The notes beneath the pieces were generated by a model. It did not search any database. It was not told the DNA's origin and worked only from the letters and a program-made list of their open reading frames with translations. DNA of 63,589 nt, the filler included, from an uncultured bacterium (GTDB lineage: Bacteria; CAZDME01; JAYEMH01), in NCBI GenBank assembly GCA_964506785.1. It is 3 parts of 3 records of this genome, joined end to end, with 100 filler letters (N's around TTAATTAATTAA, not from the genome) between each part and the next. Parts side by side here need not be neighbours in the genome. Positions count along the whole stretch, not along the records: positions 21,874 to 43,645 come from CAZDME010000018.1; 2 more parts are not named here. One strand, written 5' to 3'. Below, in pieces: positions 31,582-42,466 of this stretch (position 1 is its first letter; each line of letters starts with the position of its first letter). The position numbers were made by a program, and so were the translations under genes.

Positions 31582-32372
31582 ATGAGGCTTACTTTTCGAA
31601 AAAAAGATAAAGTTGTTTTGGTCCTTGGCGGCGGTTCCGCCCGGGGACTGGCTCATATCGGGGTGTTAAAGGTTTTAAAACGCGAGGCAATTCCGATAGA
31701 TATGGTTGTGGGGACAAGCATCGGGGCGTTAATGGGAGCGGCTTTTTGTGCCGGTATAGATTTTTCCCTGTTGGAGAAGAAAACGCAAGGTATTTCCTGG
31801 AAAAACTTATTTGATTTCACCATCCCTCAACTCGGTTTAATTGAAGGCCGAAAGATGGAAAAATTAATAAAAGAGATAATTGGCGAACGCCATTTTAAAG
31901 ATTTAAAAATCCCTTTGGCCATTTTGCTACCGATATTAACAATGGAATAGAGGTGGTTTATCGCAGAGGGCTGCTCTGGCCGGTAATTAAAGCTAGCTGC
32001 TCTATTCCTGGAATTTTCAATCCGGTTAAACTGGATAAAAAGCTTTTAGTCGATGGAGCGGTGCTGCATAATGTAGCGACTAAAGTTGCCCGTGATTTAG
32101 GGGCAAACAAAATAATTGCCGTTAATGTCGGTTTCTATGTCCGAAAACAAGAAGTAAAAAACCTGCTGAATATTTTTCTTCAGGCTTGGCAGCTGCGAGG
32201 GCAGGAACTAAGCCGCTACCAGAATTTAGACGCAGAAGTAGTCATTAAAGTAAATCTGCCTGGCATAAGCCCGGTAGATTTTCATAGAGCGGCGGAGTGT
32301 ATTCAGCAGGGCGAAAAGGCCGCCGAGACGAAAATACCCCAGATTAAGAAACTTTTAAGAATCCGCCGATGA
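31582..32372 (+). pseudogene. patatin-like phospholipase split by a 1-nt frameshift near 31922-31926
   Basis: GGGSARG and GTSIG in the first frame; ATDINNG...ASCSIPG...DGA continues in the -1 frame. Confidence 0.85.
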
Positions 32373-33367
32373 AAATTTCAAAAAAATTATTTCTTAGCTT
32401 TAAAATCATTTTAACCGGAACCTTAATTATATTTTTGCTTAAAAGGCTGAATTTAGGCAATGTTTTCTCCATAATAATCCAGGTTAACTGGCATTATCTG
32501 GTTTTGGCCGCAATTCTTTTTTTTCTGATTTTGCTCATTCAGTCCTACCGCTGGCAGTGTCTATTAGGTGTTCATGGAATCAAGATTGGTCTGGTCAGAT
32601 TGATTCGCCTCACTTTTATCGGATTTTTCTTTAATAATTTTTTGCCGAGCACGGTAGGAGGGGATGTAGTGAAAGGATACCTGGTCTCTAAAGCGACCAA
32701 AAAGACAGCCGAATCATATGTTTCGGTTTTGATGGATAGAATTATCGGAATTGTCGGCTTGTTTTTTTTAGGCTTCATGGTGCTCTTTTTCATTCCGGAG
32801 TTAAAAAGCAATCAGACCCTAATGTATCTTCTCTGGGGAGGTTTCACTGTCTCCTTTCTGCTTATTGCTTTTTTTGTCCTGGGCAGGAAATTTTGGATGA
32901 AGAGGCTGGGTTTCTTAAAGCGAATTTTAAAAAAACTGAAAATAGAAGGTCTCATAGAAAAGATTGCCGGCGCTTTCTCGACCTACAGACGGCATAGGGG
33001 CGTCCTCATAAAAACCGTTTTAATGTCAACTCTGGTCCATCTTTTTTTTATCGCCGTCAATTTTACGATTGTAAAGGGTTTTTCCCTGCCGCAGAAAATT
33101 CCGTTTATTGACTTCTTTATCTACACCCCGACTATTGCTTTGATAAGCTGTGTGCCTATCAGCGTTAACGGGCTGGGGTTAAGAGAGAATTTATATGTCG
33201 AGTTTTTCAGCCGTTCTTTGGGGAAAAACTTTGCCGGTTCGCTTTCCATTATTTTCCTTATTTTTCTATGGGCGGCTGGATTTATCGGCGGTATTTTTTA
33301 TCTTTTTTCTCATTTGAAGTCTAATGTCATCGGGACCATAAAAGAAAAGGGGAAAGTGAGCTTATGA
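32369..33367 (+). CDS. YbhN/lysylphosphatidylglycerol synthase TM-domain flippase-like protein
   Basis: FFNNFLPSTVGGD and PISVNGLGLRE. Confidence 0.9.
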   Translation: MKISKKLFLSFKIILTGTLIIFLLKRLNLGNVFSIIIQVNWHYLVLAAILFFLILLIQSYRWQCLLGVHGIKIGLVRLIRLTFIGFFFNNFLPSTVGGDVVKGYLVSKATKKTAESYVSVLMDRIIGIVGLFFLGFMVLFFIPELKSNQTLMYLLWGGFTVSFLLIAFFVLGRKFWMKRLGFLKRILKKLKIEGLIEKIAGAFSTYRRHRGVLIKTVLMSTLVHLFFIAVNFTIVKGFSLPQKIPFIDFFIYTPTIALISCVPISVNGLGLRENLYVEFFSRSLGKNFAGSLSIIFLIFLWAAGFIGGIFYLFSHLKSNVIGTIKEKGKVSL

Positions 33368-33519
33368 TTGACAAGGACCTTTTGGATATTTTAGCCTGCC
33401 CGGCTTGTAAAGGCGGGGTAAAGGAAGAAGGGGATAAAATTATCTGCTTGAAGTGTGGGCGGAAATATCCGGTCAAAGACGGCATTCCGGTAATGCTAAT
33501 AGATGAATCGGAACGATAA
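33364..33519 (+). CDS. Trm112 family protein (51 aa, not in ORF track)
   Basis: MIDKDLLDILACPACK...CLKCGRKYPVKDGIPVML. Confidence 0.93.
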   Translation: MIDKDLLDILACPACKGGVKEEGDKIICLKCGRKYPVKDGIPVMLIDESER

Positions 33520-33570
33520 AGACTTAAGTCTTGGCCGAATAACGATTCAGGGAAAAAAAGGGGGGTAAAA

Positions 33571-34011
33571 ATGGCTGGTATTTTAGTCATCCATGGGCCT
33601 AATCTCGACCTTTTGGGTTCAAGAGAGCCGGGTATCTATGGTCATATCGAATTAGCCGAGATAAACGGAAAACTTACCGAAAAAGCTCAAAAAGCAAAGG
33701 TGAAAATTAAAATTTTTCAATCCAATCATGAAGGAGAAATTGTTGCGCTTATTGGCCGGCATAAAAAATCGGTCGATGTTTTAATTATCAACCCGGCCGC
33801 CTATACTCATACCAGCGTCGCTATTCGAGATGCCATTTTGGCCACCGAAATTCCGACTATAGAGGTTCACTTGAGCAACATTTACGCCCGGGAAGAATTC
33901 CGCCGGCAATCCCTGATTGCGCCGGTAGCCAGGGGCACTATCAGTGGATTTGGCGAACAAAGTTATTATTTGGCCCTGGATGCGGCTTTTGAAATGATAA
34001 AGAAAAAATGA
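33571..34011 (+). CDS. aroQ: type II 3-dehydroquinate dehydratase
   Basis: HGPNLDLLGSREP, FQSNHEG, EVHLSN. Confidence 0.97.
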   Translation: MAGILVIHGPNLDLLGSREPGIYGHIELAEINGKLTEKAQKAKVKIKIFQSNHEGEIVALIGRHKKSVDVLIINPAAYTHTSVAIRDAILATEIPTIEVHLSNIYAREEFRRQSLIAPVARGTISGFGEQSYYLALDAAFEMIKKK

Positions 34012-35081
34012 AGTATAACCGCTCATATATAGACCGATTTCAAAAAAAAATAGAGGAGACGGAGTTAGACGCTTTTTTAGTTTCTAACCCCATAAACATA
34101 AAGTATTTAACCGGGTTTTCTACCTCGGACGGTTTTCTTATAATTACAAAAGGCGAAGTTTTCTTTTTTACCAGTTTTTGTGAATTGGGAGAGGCGGAGG
34201 CGCAAATCTCCGCGGCCGAAATAAAGGAAAGAAAAAGAGGCGATTGGGACTTTTTGAAAAGTTTTTTAAAAAGAAAAAAAATAAAAAAAATCGGTTTTGA
34301 GGAAAGGTATTTCTCTCTTGCCAATTTCAAACTGATAAAAGGCTTTTTTTTGGATTGCCAGTTTCGAAAAACCTCCGATTTAATTGAAAGATTTCGGGCG
34401 GTTAAAAGTTCGGAAGAATTAAAAAGGATTGAAGGAGCTATTATCGTTACCGAGAAGATTTTTGCCGGGGTTAAAAAAAATCTCAAGCCTGGTTTAACTG
34501 AGCTTGATATCCTTAAATATTTAAGCATCTATATTGCCAGGGAAGGAATAAGGCCTGCTTTTACGCCGATAGTTGCCTTTGGCTCTCATAGCGCCTTCCC
34601 TCATGCCCTCGCCGGTAAACGCCGCCTTAAAAAAGGGGATATTGTTCTAATTGATATGGGTGTAGACATAAACGGTTATAAATCCGATTTAACCCGCACC
34701 TTTATTTTCGGCCGGTTGAAACCAAAGCAGGAAAAGGTTTACAATTTAGTCAGGGAAGCGCAGGATTATCTTTTTCGGTTGATTAAGCCTGGGATATCGG
34801 TTAAGGATGTGGAAAACTGTGCCCATCGATTTTTTGCTAAAAAAGGCTGGGGGAAGTTTTTCCCTCATTCGATCGGACATGGTATAGGGCTTGAGGTGCA
34901 TGAAAGCCCCTTTTTTTCAAGAAAAAGCAAAGAAAAATTACTTCCCGGCATGATTTTTACCCTGGAGCCGGCGCTTTATCTTCCTGGCTGGGGTGGGGTA
35001 CGCATTGAAGATATGTTTCTTGTCACACAAAAAAAATGTAAAAACTTAAGCGACTTTTCTAAAGACCCTTCAATAAATTAG
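34008..35081 (+). CDS. Xaa-Pro aminopeptidase (M24B)
   Basis: SDLTRT, HSIGHGIGLEVHE, GGVRIED. Confidence 0.95.
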   Translation: MKYNRSYIDRFQKKIEETELDAFLVSNPINIKYLTGFSTSDGFLIITKGEVFFFTSFCELGEAEAQISAAEIKERKRGDWDFLKSFLKRKKIKKIGFEERYFSLANFKLIKGFFLDCQFRKTSDLIERFRAVKSSEELKRIEGAIIVTEKIFAGVKKNLKPGLTELDILKYLSIYIAREGIRPAFTPIVAFGSHSAFPHALAGKRRLKKGDIVLIDMGVDINGYKSDLTRTFIFGRLKPKQEKVYNLVREAQDYLFRLIKPGISVKDVENCAHRFFAKKGWGKFFPHSIGHGIGLEVHESPFFSRKSKEKLLPGMIFTLEPALYLPGWGGVRIEDMFLVTQKKCKNLSDFSKDPSIN

Positions 35082-35090
35082 GTAGAGCCG

Positions 35091-35648
35091 ATGATTACTC
35101 CAAATAGTTTTAAACGCGGCATGGTCATTGAAATAGATAAAGGTTTCTTTGAAATTCTCGAGGTTTTCTGGGTCAAACCGGGAAAGGGAGGGGCTTTTGC
35201 CCGGACAAAGGTTAAAAATTTGCAAACCGGTTCGATTACCGAAAAGATGTTTCGAAGCGAACAAAAAGTTTCTCAGATTTCGATTAACACCGTTTCCATT
35301 GAATATCTTTACCGATTGGATAACCTCTATCACTTTATGGATTTTCAGACAAGCGAGGAATATGTGTTAACGGAAGACCATCTGGGTGATAAAACCCATT
35401 TTTTAGTGGAGAACCAAAAAGTTGCCGCTAAAATTCATCAGGGGTCAATACTTGATATCGAACTGCCGGCTTCAGTAACTTTAGCCGTAACCCAAACTGA
35501 ACCGGGTTTAAAAGGCGACCGGGTTTCGGGAGCGACCAAAGGGGCGGTGCTGGAAACTGGTTTTGAAATTCAGGTTCCTTTATTTGTGAAAACCGGCGAC
35601 AAAATTAAAGTTGATACTCGCAGCGGAAAATATCTCAGTCGCGCGTAA
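35091..35648 (+). CDS. efp: elongation factor P
   Basis: VKPGKGGAF loop; VPLFV..GD.IKVDTR. Confidence 0.97.
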   Translation: MITPNSFKRGMVIEIDKGFFEILEVFWVKPGKGGAFARTKVKNLQTGSITEKMFRSEQKVSQISINTVSIEYLYRLDNLYHFMDFQTSEEYVLTEDHLGDKTHFLVENQKVAAKIHQGSILDIELPASVTLAVTQTEPGLKGDRVSGATKGAVLETGFEIQVPLFVKTGDKIKVDTRSGKYLSRA

Positions 35649-35702
35649 TTGGAATTTAAAGATTAGTTATGCCCTTGATATCAAAACGGGAGGAATAGAC
35701 CT

Positions 35703-36143
35703 ATGGACCCTAAAGACAAAAGAGAGATTGAAGAAATTATTGCCCTTTTTGAAGCTTCCAGCCTGAGTGAGCTTGAAGTAGAAAAGGAAGGAATAAGGGT
35801 GCGTCTCAAAAAAGAGATTTCGGCGTCTTCTTCGGTTCCCGCCGCGCCGGTAACGAAACTGCCTTCGGAAAAAGAAGAAAAAAAGGAGGAGATGGATGCC
35901 GGGTTAATTCCGATTAAGACGCCGATGGTAGGTACTTTTTACCGGTCTTCTTCCCCTGAGTCTCCTCCTTTCGTTGAGGAGGGTGAGGTCATTGAAACCG
36001 AACAGGTAGTTTGTATTATTGAAGCGATGAAATTGATGAACGAGATTAAATCGGAAGTAAAGGGGAAGATTGTAAAAATTTTAGTTGAAGACGGCCATCC
36101 TGTAGAGTACGGCCAGACTTTATTTTTAATCAAGAAGGAATAA
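35703..36143 (+). CDS. accB: biotin carboxyl carrier protein
   Basis: PMVGTFY and EAMKLMNEI. Confidence 0.97.
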   Translation: MDPKDKREIEEIIALFEASSLSELEVEKEGIRVRLKKEISASSSVPAAPVTKLPSEKEEKKEEMDAGLIPIKTPMVGTFYRSSSPESPPFVEEGEVIETEQVVCIIEAMKLMNEIKSEVKGKIVKILVEDGHPVEYGQTLFLIKKE

Positions 36144-37508
36144 ATGTTCAGTAAAGTCCTTATCGCTAACCGAGGCGAGATAGCTCTTAGGATAATCCGG
36201 GCCTGCCGGGAGTTAGGCATTGCCACGGTAGCTGTTTATTCTGAAGCCGACGCCAATTCTCTTCATGTCCGTTATGCCGAAGAAAGTGTTTGTATTGGGC
36301 CTTCTCCCTCAAGCAGCAGCTATTTATCTATTCCCAACATAATCAGCGCGGCTGAAGTAATGGATGTTGAAGCCATTCATCCGGGATACGGTTTTTTAGC
36401 CGAGAACGCTCATTTTGCCGAAATTTGCGAATCGTGCGGCATTAAATTTATCGGTCCGGCGCCGGAGAATGTCCGTCTCATGGGTGACAAGATTGAAGCA
36501 AGAAAATTGATGAAGAAAACGGGCGTTCCGGTTATTCCCGGAAGTGAAGGGATAGTGAAAAATAAAGAAGAGGCCTTAGCCATAGCCAAGAGAATTGGTT
36601 ATCCGGTAATGATTAAAGCCTCATCCGGCGGAGGAGGCAAGGGGATGCGCATTGCCCATAATGATGTAAGTTTGGCGAATGCTTTTTTAACCGCCCGGGC
36701 CGAAGCTGAGGCAGCCTTTGACAATTCTGACGTTTACCTGGAAAAGTGCATCCAGGAGCCGCGTCACATAGAATTCCAGATTTTAGCCGATAAGCATGGG
36801 CATTTTATTCATCTGGGTGAACGGGAATGCACTATTCAGCGCCGCTATCAAAAGTTAATAGAAGAAGCTCCTTCCTCGGTTATAGACAAAAAATTGAGAA
36901 AGAGAATGGGCGAGGCGGCTTTGCGGGCGGCGAAAGCGATAAAATACGAAAGCGCCGGGACAGTCGAGTTTTTATTGGATAGAGAAGGCCGGTTTTATTT
37001 TATGGAAATGAATACCCGCATCCAGGTTGAACATCCCGTAACGGAAATAATTACTGGAGTGGACTTGGTTAAAGAACAGATTCGTATTGCCCAGGACGAA
37101 AAACTAAGATATCATCAAGACCAGATCAGGTTAACCGGCTGGGCGATTGAATGCCGGATTAATGCGGAAGACCCCGAAAATGATTTTCTTCCCAGTCCGG
37201 GGAAGATAAAAACCTGCCAGCTTCCGGGCGGCCCGGGAATTCGTGTCGATACGCATATTTATCCGTCTTACACGGTTCTTCCTTTTTACGATTCTCTCTT
37301 GGCAAAAATTATTGCGTATGGGTCGAATAGAGAAGAGGCGATTGCCCGTATGCAAAGAGCCTTGTCGGAATGTGACATTAGCGGAGTTAAAACAACCGTT
37401 CCTTTTCATATTTCCGTTTTGAATAATCCGCTTTTTATTCGCGGGAAGATTTCTACCGGTTTCGTTGACCGGGTTTGGACGGCCAGGGTTAAATCAGAGG
37501 AGGCATAA
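36144..37508 (+). CDS. accC: biotin carboxylase
   Basis: [32 protein letters not shown]. Confidence 0.98.
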   Translation: MFSKVLIANRGEIALRIIRACRELGIATVAVYSEADANSLHVRYAEESVCIGPSPSSSSYLSIPNIISAAEVMDVEAIHPGYGFLAENAHFAEICESCGIKFIGPAPENVRLMGDKIEARKLMKKTGVPVIPGSEGIVKNKEEALAIAKRIGYPVMIKASSGGGGKGMRIAHNDVSLANAFLTARAEAEAAFDNSDVYLEKCIQEPRHIEFQILADKHGHFIHLGERECTIQRRYQKLIEEAPSSVIDKKLRKRMGEAALRAAKAIKYESAGTVEFLLDREGRFYFMEMNTRIQVEHPVTEIITGVDLVKEQIRIAQDEKLRYHQDQIRLTGWAIECRINAEDPENDFLPSPGKIKTCQLPGGPGIRVDTHIYPSYTVLPFYDSLLAKIIAYGSNREEAIARMQRALSECDISGVKTTVPFHISVLNNPLFIRGKISTGFVDRVWTARVKSEEA

Positions 37509-37883
37509 ATGATGGAAGAGGCATCCAGCTTTGGAAAAGTAAAAATTCATAATGAAGTAGTCGGGATTATTGCCGGGGTGGCGGCAATGGAAATTGCGGG
37601 GGTAGCCGGAATGAGCCGGGGGCTGGTTAGCGGCTTAAGCGAGTTATTAGGGCGCAAGGATTTAGACAAGGGAATCAAAGTTCAAATAAAAGGTAAAGAG
37701 GCGATTCTTACCTTGAATGTTATCATAAGATACGGCGCGAAAATCCCGGAGGTTTCTTATCAAATCCAGGAAAATGTTAAAAAGACGGTGGAAAAAATGA
37801 CGGGTTTGACTGTAACTGATGTTACCGTCAATATTCAGGGAATAGATATGCCCAAAAAAATTAACAATTCAGAAAGGAGTTAA
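37509..37883 (+). CDS. Asp23/Gls24 family protein
   Basis: GKVKI...IIAGVAA...MTGLTV..V.VNI. Confidence 0.92.
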   Translation: MMEEASSFGKVKIHNEVVGIIAGVAAMEIAGVAGMSRGLVSGLSELLGRKDLDKGIKVQIKGKEAILTLNVIIRYGAKIPEVSYQIQENVKKTVEKMTGLTVTDVTVNIQGIDMPKKINNSERS

Positions 37884-37886
37884 ACG

Positions 37887-38459
37887 ATGAAAAAGCTATG
37901 GCAGGAAATTAAAACTTTATTTCAGTTTCTGATTTTCATGAGTTTGGGATTTTATTTTATTGCCGCGTTTTATCTGCAGTTGAATAATTTTCTTTGGCCG
38001 CTGGAGCAGCTATATGGTTCGCCCCGCGGACGTTTAATTTCACTGCTGATTGGCGGCATGTTTATAATATTCAGCTTGCTCTTGCTTTTTGTCCGGTCGA
38101 AGGCAAGCGCTGAAGAAAAAGCCATTAGTTTCGATAATCCTGTCGGCAAGGTAAAAATCTCTCTTTCGGCAATCGAAGATTTTATCCAAAAGATTGCCCT
38201 GCAGGTTTCCGGCATCCACGAGATAAAACCGCGGGCAATCGCCAAGAAAAACAAACTCCAGATAGAAAATAAAGTTGTCATCTGGGGCAGCGAAAATTTG
38301 TTAAATATCAGCAATAAAGCCCAGGAAGCCATTCAGTCGTATCTTCAGGAGATATTGGGAGGGGAAGAGAAGGTCGAAATTAATATGCATATTGTCAAGG
38401 TGCTTCAGGATGCCACTAAATTAAAAACAGAGTCTTCAGTAGAAGCTTTGCCGGAGTAA
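37887..38459 (+). CDS. amaP: AmaP-like Asp23 membrane anchor
   Basis: two TMs then GKVKISLSAIED; follows asp23. Confidence 0.7.
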   Translation: MKKLWQEIKTLFQFLIFMSLGFYFIAAFYLQLNNFLWPLEQLYGSPRGRLISLLIGGMFIIFSLLLLFVRSKASAEEKAISFDNPVGKVKISLSAIEDFIQKIALQVSGIHEIKPRAIAKKNKLQIENKVVIWGSENLLNISNKAQEAIQSYLQEILGGEEKVEINMHIVKVLQDATKLKTESSVEALPE

Positions 38460-38462
38460 ACT

Positions 38463-39044
38463 ATGGAACCCAAAAACTATATTGAGTTTTGTTTGGACGA
38501 ACGAATTAAAAAATTTACTGAATTGCGCCGGGATAAAAACCTTTCCTCCAGGATTATTCGGAGTGTTGAACTAATCTGCCAGGCTTATCGAAAGCAGAAA
38601 AAGGTTTTATTCTTTGGTAACGGCGGAAGCGCTTCGCAGGCGGAACATTTTGCCGCTGAACTAATCGGCCGTTTTCGGAAGGAAAGGGAGCCTCTTAAGG
38701 CCATAGCCTTAACGGCTAATACGGCTGTTTTAACGGCCGTTGGCAATGACTATAATTTTGAGCAAATTTTTTCTAGGCAATTAGAAGCCCTGGCCGATGA
38801 AGGCGATATTGCCATTGGAATTTCGACCAGCGGAAATTCGCCGAATGTGATTGTTGGGATTAAAGCGGCTAAAAGGCGCCGGGCGAAGACGATTGGGCTT
38901 ACCGGCGGGAAAAAGAATGAATTGGAAAATCTGGCAGACATAAATATTGCCGTGCCTTCGGATTCGACGCCGGAAATACAGGAAGGCCATCTATTTATCG
39001 GGCATTTAATCTGTGATTTAGTTGAGCAAACTATCTTCGGCTGA
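38463..39044 (+). CDS. gmhA: D-sedoheptulose 7-phosphate isomerase
   Basis: GNGGSA, STSGNS, IQEGH. Confidence 0.95.
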   Translation: MEPKNYIEFCLDERIKKFTELRRDKNLSSRIIRSVELICQAYRKQKKVLFFGNGGSASQAEHFAAELIGRFRKEREPLKAIALTANTAVLTAVGNDYNFEQIFSRQLEALADEGDIAIGISTSGNSPNVIVGIKAAKRRRAKTIGLTGGKKNELENLADINIAVPSDSTPEIQEGHLFIGHLICDLVEQTIFG

Positions 39045-39049
39045 AACGA

Positions 39050-39523
39050 ATGAAGAAAATATTCCCGTTAAAAGACTTAAAATTTAAAATCAGCAGGCTT
39101 AAAAGGCAAAAGAAGAAGATAGTTTTTACCAACGGCTGTTTTGATATAATTCATAACGGCCATGTCCGCGTTCTAAAAAAAGCTAAATCTTTTGGAGATA
39201 TTTTGGTCGTAGCGATAAACGACGACCGGTCGGTTCGAAGACTAAAAGGGGAAAATCGTCCCATTTTTCCTTTAAGGGAACGGGCCGGGGTTTTAGCCTC
39301 CTTTGAATATGTAGATTATATCGTCTCTTTCAGCCAGCCGACGCCAATAAAGGTCATTAAAGCCCTTAGGCCCGATATTTTGGTTAAGGGAGGCGATTAT
39401 CGGGATAAGGACATTGTTGGCAGCCTCTTTATTAAAGAATCTGGCGGGAGTGTAAAAAGGGTACCGATTTATAAAAATTATTCATCCAGCCGGATTCTCA
39501 AGGAAATTACCCGGCTTTTTTAA
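39050..39523 (+). CDS. rfaE2: D-glycero-beta-D-manno-heptose 1-phosphate adenylyltransferase
   Basis: VFTNGCFDIIHxGH and LVKGGDY. Confidence 0.93.
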   Translation: MKKIFPLKDLKFKISRLKRQKKKIVFTNGCFDIIHNGHVRVLKKAKSFGDILVVAINDDRSVRRLKGENRPIFPLRERAGVLASFEYVDYIVSFSQPTPIKVIKALRPDILVKGGDYRDKDIVGSLFIKESGGSVKRVPIYKNYSSSRILKEITRLF

Positions 39524-39529
39524 GAGTTT

Positions 39530-40165
39530 ATGGATTTTCGTTTATATGTAGTTTTAGACCGGCAATATCTCGATAAAAATCCGGAGTTGCTTATTCAGGA
39601 AATAATTGAAGGCGGCTGTTCTCTTCTTCAATATCGCGATAAAACCGGTTCGAAAGAGGATTTTTCCGATTTAGCCGGGAGATTATATCGAATTGCCAGA
39701 AGGAGAAATATCCCTTTTATCATTAATGACCGGGTAGATATTGCTAAAGGCTTGGGTGTGGAGGGGGTGCATTTAGGAAAAGGTGATTGCCCGGTAAAAG
39801 AGGCCCGATTGCTTCTTGGAGGGGAAAAAATTATAGGGAGATCGGTCCATAATTTGGAAGAAGCTAAGGAAGCCGAAAAAGAGGGGGCAGATTACCTTGG
39901 AATTGGGCCGGTTTTTTCCAGTTCGACCAAGAGTGACAATCGTCCTTCAATTTCGAGGGAATTATTAAAAGAGATAGCCGAAAAAACCAAGATTCCGGTG
40001 GTTGCTATCGGCGGGATAAAGGCGGATAATATCGAAGAGCTCCTGAATTTTGGCATTAAAAACTTTGCCATATCGGCCGACATCCTTTTAGCCCCCGACC
40101 CAAAAAAACAGGTAGAAATTATAAAGGAAAAATTAAAAACGAGAGAACGGGATAACGAAAAATGA
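39530..40165 (+). CDS. thiE: thiamine phosphate synthase
   Basis: QYRDK, INDRVD, GVHLG, VVAIGGI. Confidence 0.93.
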   Translation: MDFRLYVVLDRQYLDKNPELLIQEIIEGGCSLLQYRDKTGSKEDFSDLAGRLYRIARRRNIPFIINDRVDIAKGLGVEGVHLGKGDCPVKEARLLLGGEKIIGRSVHNLEEAKEAEKEGADYLGIGPVFSSSTKSDNRPSISRELLKEIAEKTKIPVVAIGGIKADNIEELLNFGIKNFAISADILLAPDPKKQVEIIKEKLKTRERDNEK

Positions 40166-41442
40166 CACAATTAGAAAAAGCCAAAAAAGGCGTAGCGACT
40201 CGCGAGATGAAAGAGGTGGCTAAATACGAAGGGCTGCCGGTGGCGTATATCCTCAAAAACATCAAAGAGGGAAAGATTGTTATTCCCAGCAATCTTTCTC
40301 GTCGGCCCGAAAGAGTATTTGGCATTGGCAAAGGCCTCAAGACTAAGATTAACACTAATCTTGGCACTTCGCCGGAATCGAACATTCTTGCTTTAGAATT
40401 GTCAAAAACGAAATTAGCCATTGCCAAAGGGACTCATACGATTATGGATTTAAGCATCGGTGGAGACCTGGATAAAATCCGCCGGAAGATTTTAGAAAAA
40501 TGTTGTATCCCTTTGGGCACCGTGCCTATCTATCAAACAGTTGTAGAGACAATGAGAAGCAAAAGAGATTTAAGTAAAATGAGCGTGAAAGATATTTTTT
40601 CGACTATTGAAAAGCAGGCCAAGGACGGGGTAGATTTTATGACAATTCATGCCGGGGTAACTAAAACATCGCTTGAGCGCTTAAAGAGTGGAAAGCGTTT
40701 AACCTCTGTTGTTAGCCGGGGCGGTTCTTTTTTAAGCCAGTGGATACTTAAGAACAAAAAGGAAAACCCCCTTTATGAATATTTTGATGATTTGCTTCAA
40801 ATTGCCAGGAAGTATGATATTACCCTGAGTTTAGGTGATGGTTTGCGGCCCGGCTCTTTAGCTGATGCTACCGACCGCCCCCAGATTCAGGAACTGATAA
40901 TTCTGGGTGAATTGGCTGTTCGCGCGCGGGAGAAAAATGTTCAGGTGATGATTGAAGGTCCCGGCCATCTTCCTTTGAACCAGGTGGAAGCCAACGTGCT
41001 TTTAGAAAAATCTCTTTGCCAGGAGGCTCCTTTTTACGTTTTAGGCCCGATAGTTACGGATGTGGCTCCTGGATATGACCATTTGACTGCCGCTATCGGA
41101 GGAGCGGTCGCCGGAGCCGCCGGAGCCGATTTTCTCTGTTATGTCACACCCTCGGAGCATCTTCGCCTGCCGACACTTGATGATGTTGTTGAAGGGGTTA
41201 TTGCTTCCCGCATTGCCGCCCATGTTGCTGATATTTCGAAAGGGGTTAAAGGAGCGCTTGAATGGGATAATCGAATGGGCAAGATGAGAGGAGAGAGAAA
41301 GTGGAAAGAACAGATAGAACTGGCCGTTAATCCGGATAGAGCCAGAAAATTAAGGATGAAAAGCAATCCGAAAGTATCGGATGTTTGCACCATGTGCGGA
41401 AAGTATTGTTCTTTAAAGGGGGTGGAAAGATGGCTATCTTAG
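40162..41442 (+). CDS. thiC: phosphomethylpyrimidine synthase
   Basis: GTVPIYQ, VSRGGS, SLGDGLRPG, EGPGH, CTMCGKYC. Confidence 0.96.
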   Translation: MTQLEKAKKGVATREMKEVAKYEGLPVAYILKNIKEGKIVIPSNLSRRPERVFGIGKGLKTKINTNLGTSPESNILALELSKTKLAIAKGTHTIMDLSIGGDLDKIRRKILEKCCIPLGTVPIYQTVVETMRSKRDLSKMSVKDIFSTIEKQAKDGVDFMTIHAGVTKTSLERLKSGKRLTSVVSRGGSFLSQWILKNKKENPLYEYFDDLLQIARKYDITLSLGDGLRPGSLADATDRPQIQELIILGELAVRAREKNVQVMIEGPGHLPLNQVEANVLLEKSLCQEAPFYVLGPIVTDVAPGYDHLTAAIGGAVAGAAGADFLCYVTPSEHLRLPTLDDVVEGVIASRIAAHVADISKGVKGALEWDNRMGKMRGERKWKEQIELAVNPDRARKLRMKSNPKVSDVCTMCGKYCSLKGVERWLS

Positions 41443-42350
41443 TAGTTGGCTCTATTGCTCTCGATTCCGTAAAAACCCCTTTTGGCCGGGTGAAGGAGGT
41501 TTTAGGGGGGTCGGCGACATATTCTTCCTATGCCGCCAGTTTCTTTAATCCTTCGTATTTAGTCGGAGTAGTCGGCAATGATTTTCCCGAGGAGCACCTG
41601 AATTTACTGCGGGAGAAATCGATTAATCTTAAAGGGATACAGATTAAAGAAGGCAAAACCTTTCGTTGGAAAGGTTCTTACGATTTCGATTTAAATGCGG
41701 CAAATACGATTTCGACGGATTTAAATGTTTTCGAAAACTTTCATCCGCAGATACCCGCGGAATATTGCCATCTTAAATATGTTTTTTTGGCAAACATCGA
41801 CCCTGAACTTCAATTGGAAGTGCTAAAGCAGGTAAAAAATCCTAAATTGGTTATTGGCGACACGATGAATTTTTGGATTGAACATAAAAAAGAAATTCTG
41901 CTGGAGGTGTTAAAGAAGATAAATGTCTTGGTTTTGAATGATTCGGAAGCCAGAGAATTGACCAAGGAGCCGAATTTAATAAAAGCGGGAAGGAAACTTC
42001 TTTGTTTAGGCCCGGAATATATAATTATTAAAAAAGGGGAGCATGGAGCCATATTGCTTTCCCAATCGACCTATTTTGCTACCCCGGCTTATCCTTTAGA
42101 AAGTCTTTACGACCCAACCGGAGCGGGGGACACCTTTGCCGGCGGATTTCTTGGTTATTTAGCCGGCGTTAAAAAAATTGACGAGAGCCAGCTAAAAAAA
42201 GCCGTTGTTTACGGCAGTGTCATGGCTTCTTTTACCGTGGAGGATTTTAGTCTTAATCGTTTAAGAAAATTAAGTAAGGACGAGATTACCAGGCGATATA
42301 TCGAATTTATCGGTATTTCTCATTTCGAAGATTTTAAGCTAAATGTGTGA
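41430..42350 (+). CDS. PfkB-family carbohydrate/nucleoside kinase
   Basis: VGSIALD, GGSATY, DPTGAGDTFAGG. Confidence 0.92.
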   Translation: MAILVVGSIALDSVKTPFGRVKEVLGGSATYSSYAASFFNPSYLVGVVGNDFPEEHLNLLREKSINLKGIQIKEGKTFRWKGSYDFDLNAANTISTDLNVFENFHPQIPAEYCHLKYVFLANIDPELQLEVLKQVKNPKLVIGDTMNFWIEHKKEILLEVLKKINVLVLNDSEARELTKEPNLIKAGRKLLCLGPEYIIIKKGEHGAILLSQSTYFATPAYPLESLYDPTGAGDTFAGGFLGYLAGVKKIDESQLKKAVVYGSVMASFTVEDFSLNRLRKLSKDEITRRYIEFIGISHFEDFKLNV

Positions 42351-42391
42351 AGCAAAACCTATAGGATTTTGAAGAAAAATTATCCAGGGAA

Positions 42392-42466
42392 GCGGGATTA
42401 ACTCAGTGGTAGAGTGCAACCTTCCCAAGGTTGAAGTCACGGGTTCGAATCCCGTATCCCGCTCCA
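42392..42466 (+). tRNA. tRNA-Gly(CCC)
   Basis: CAACC-TTCCCAA-GGTTG anticodon arm; GGTTCGAATCC; encoded CCA. Confidence 0.97.

Noticed and set aside
39480-40165. TPP riboswitch before thiE/thiC
   Set aside because: Genes abut or overlap with no intergenic space, and no TPP aptamer motif is seen
41430-42350. PfkB kinase as heptose kinase HldA completing gmhA/rfaE2
   Set aside because: Lacks the HldE RISPEAPVPV motif; resembles a generic PfkB kinase
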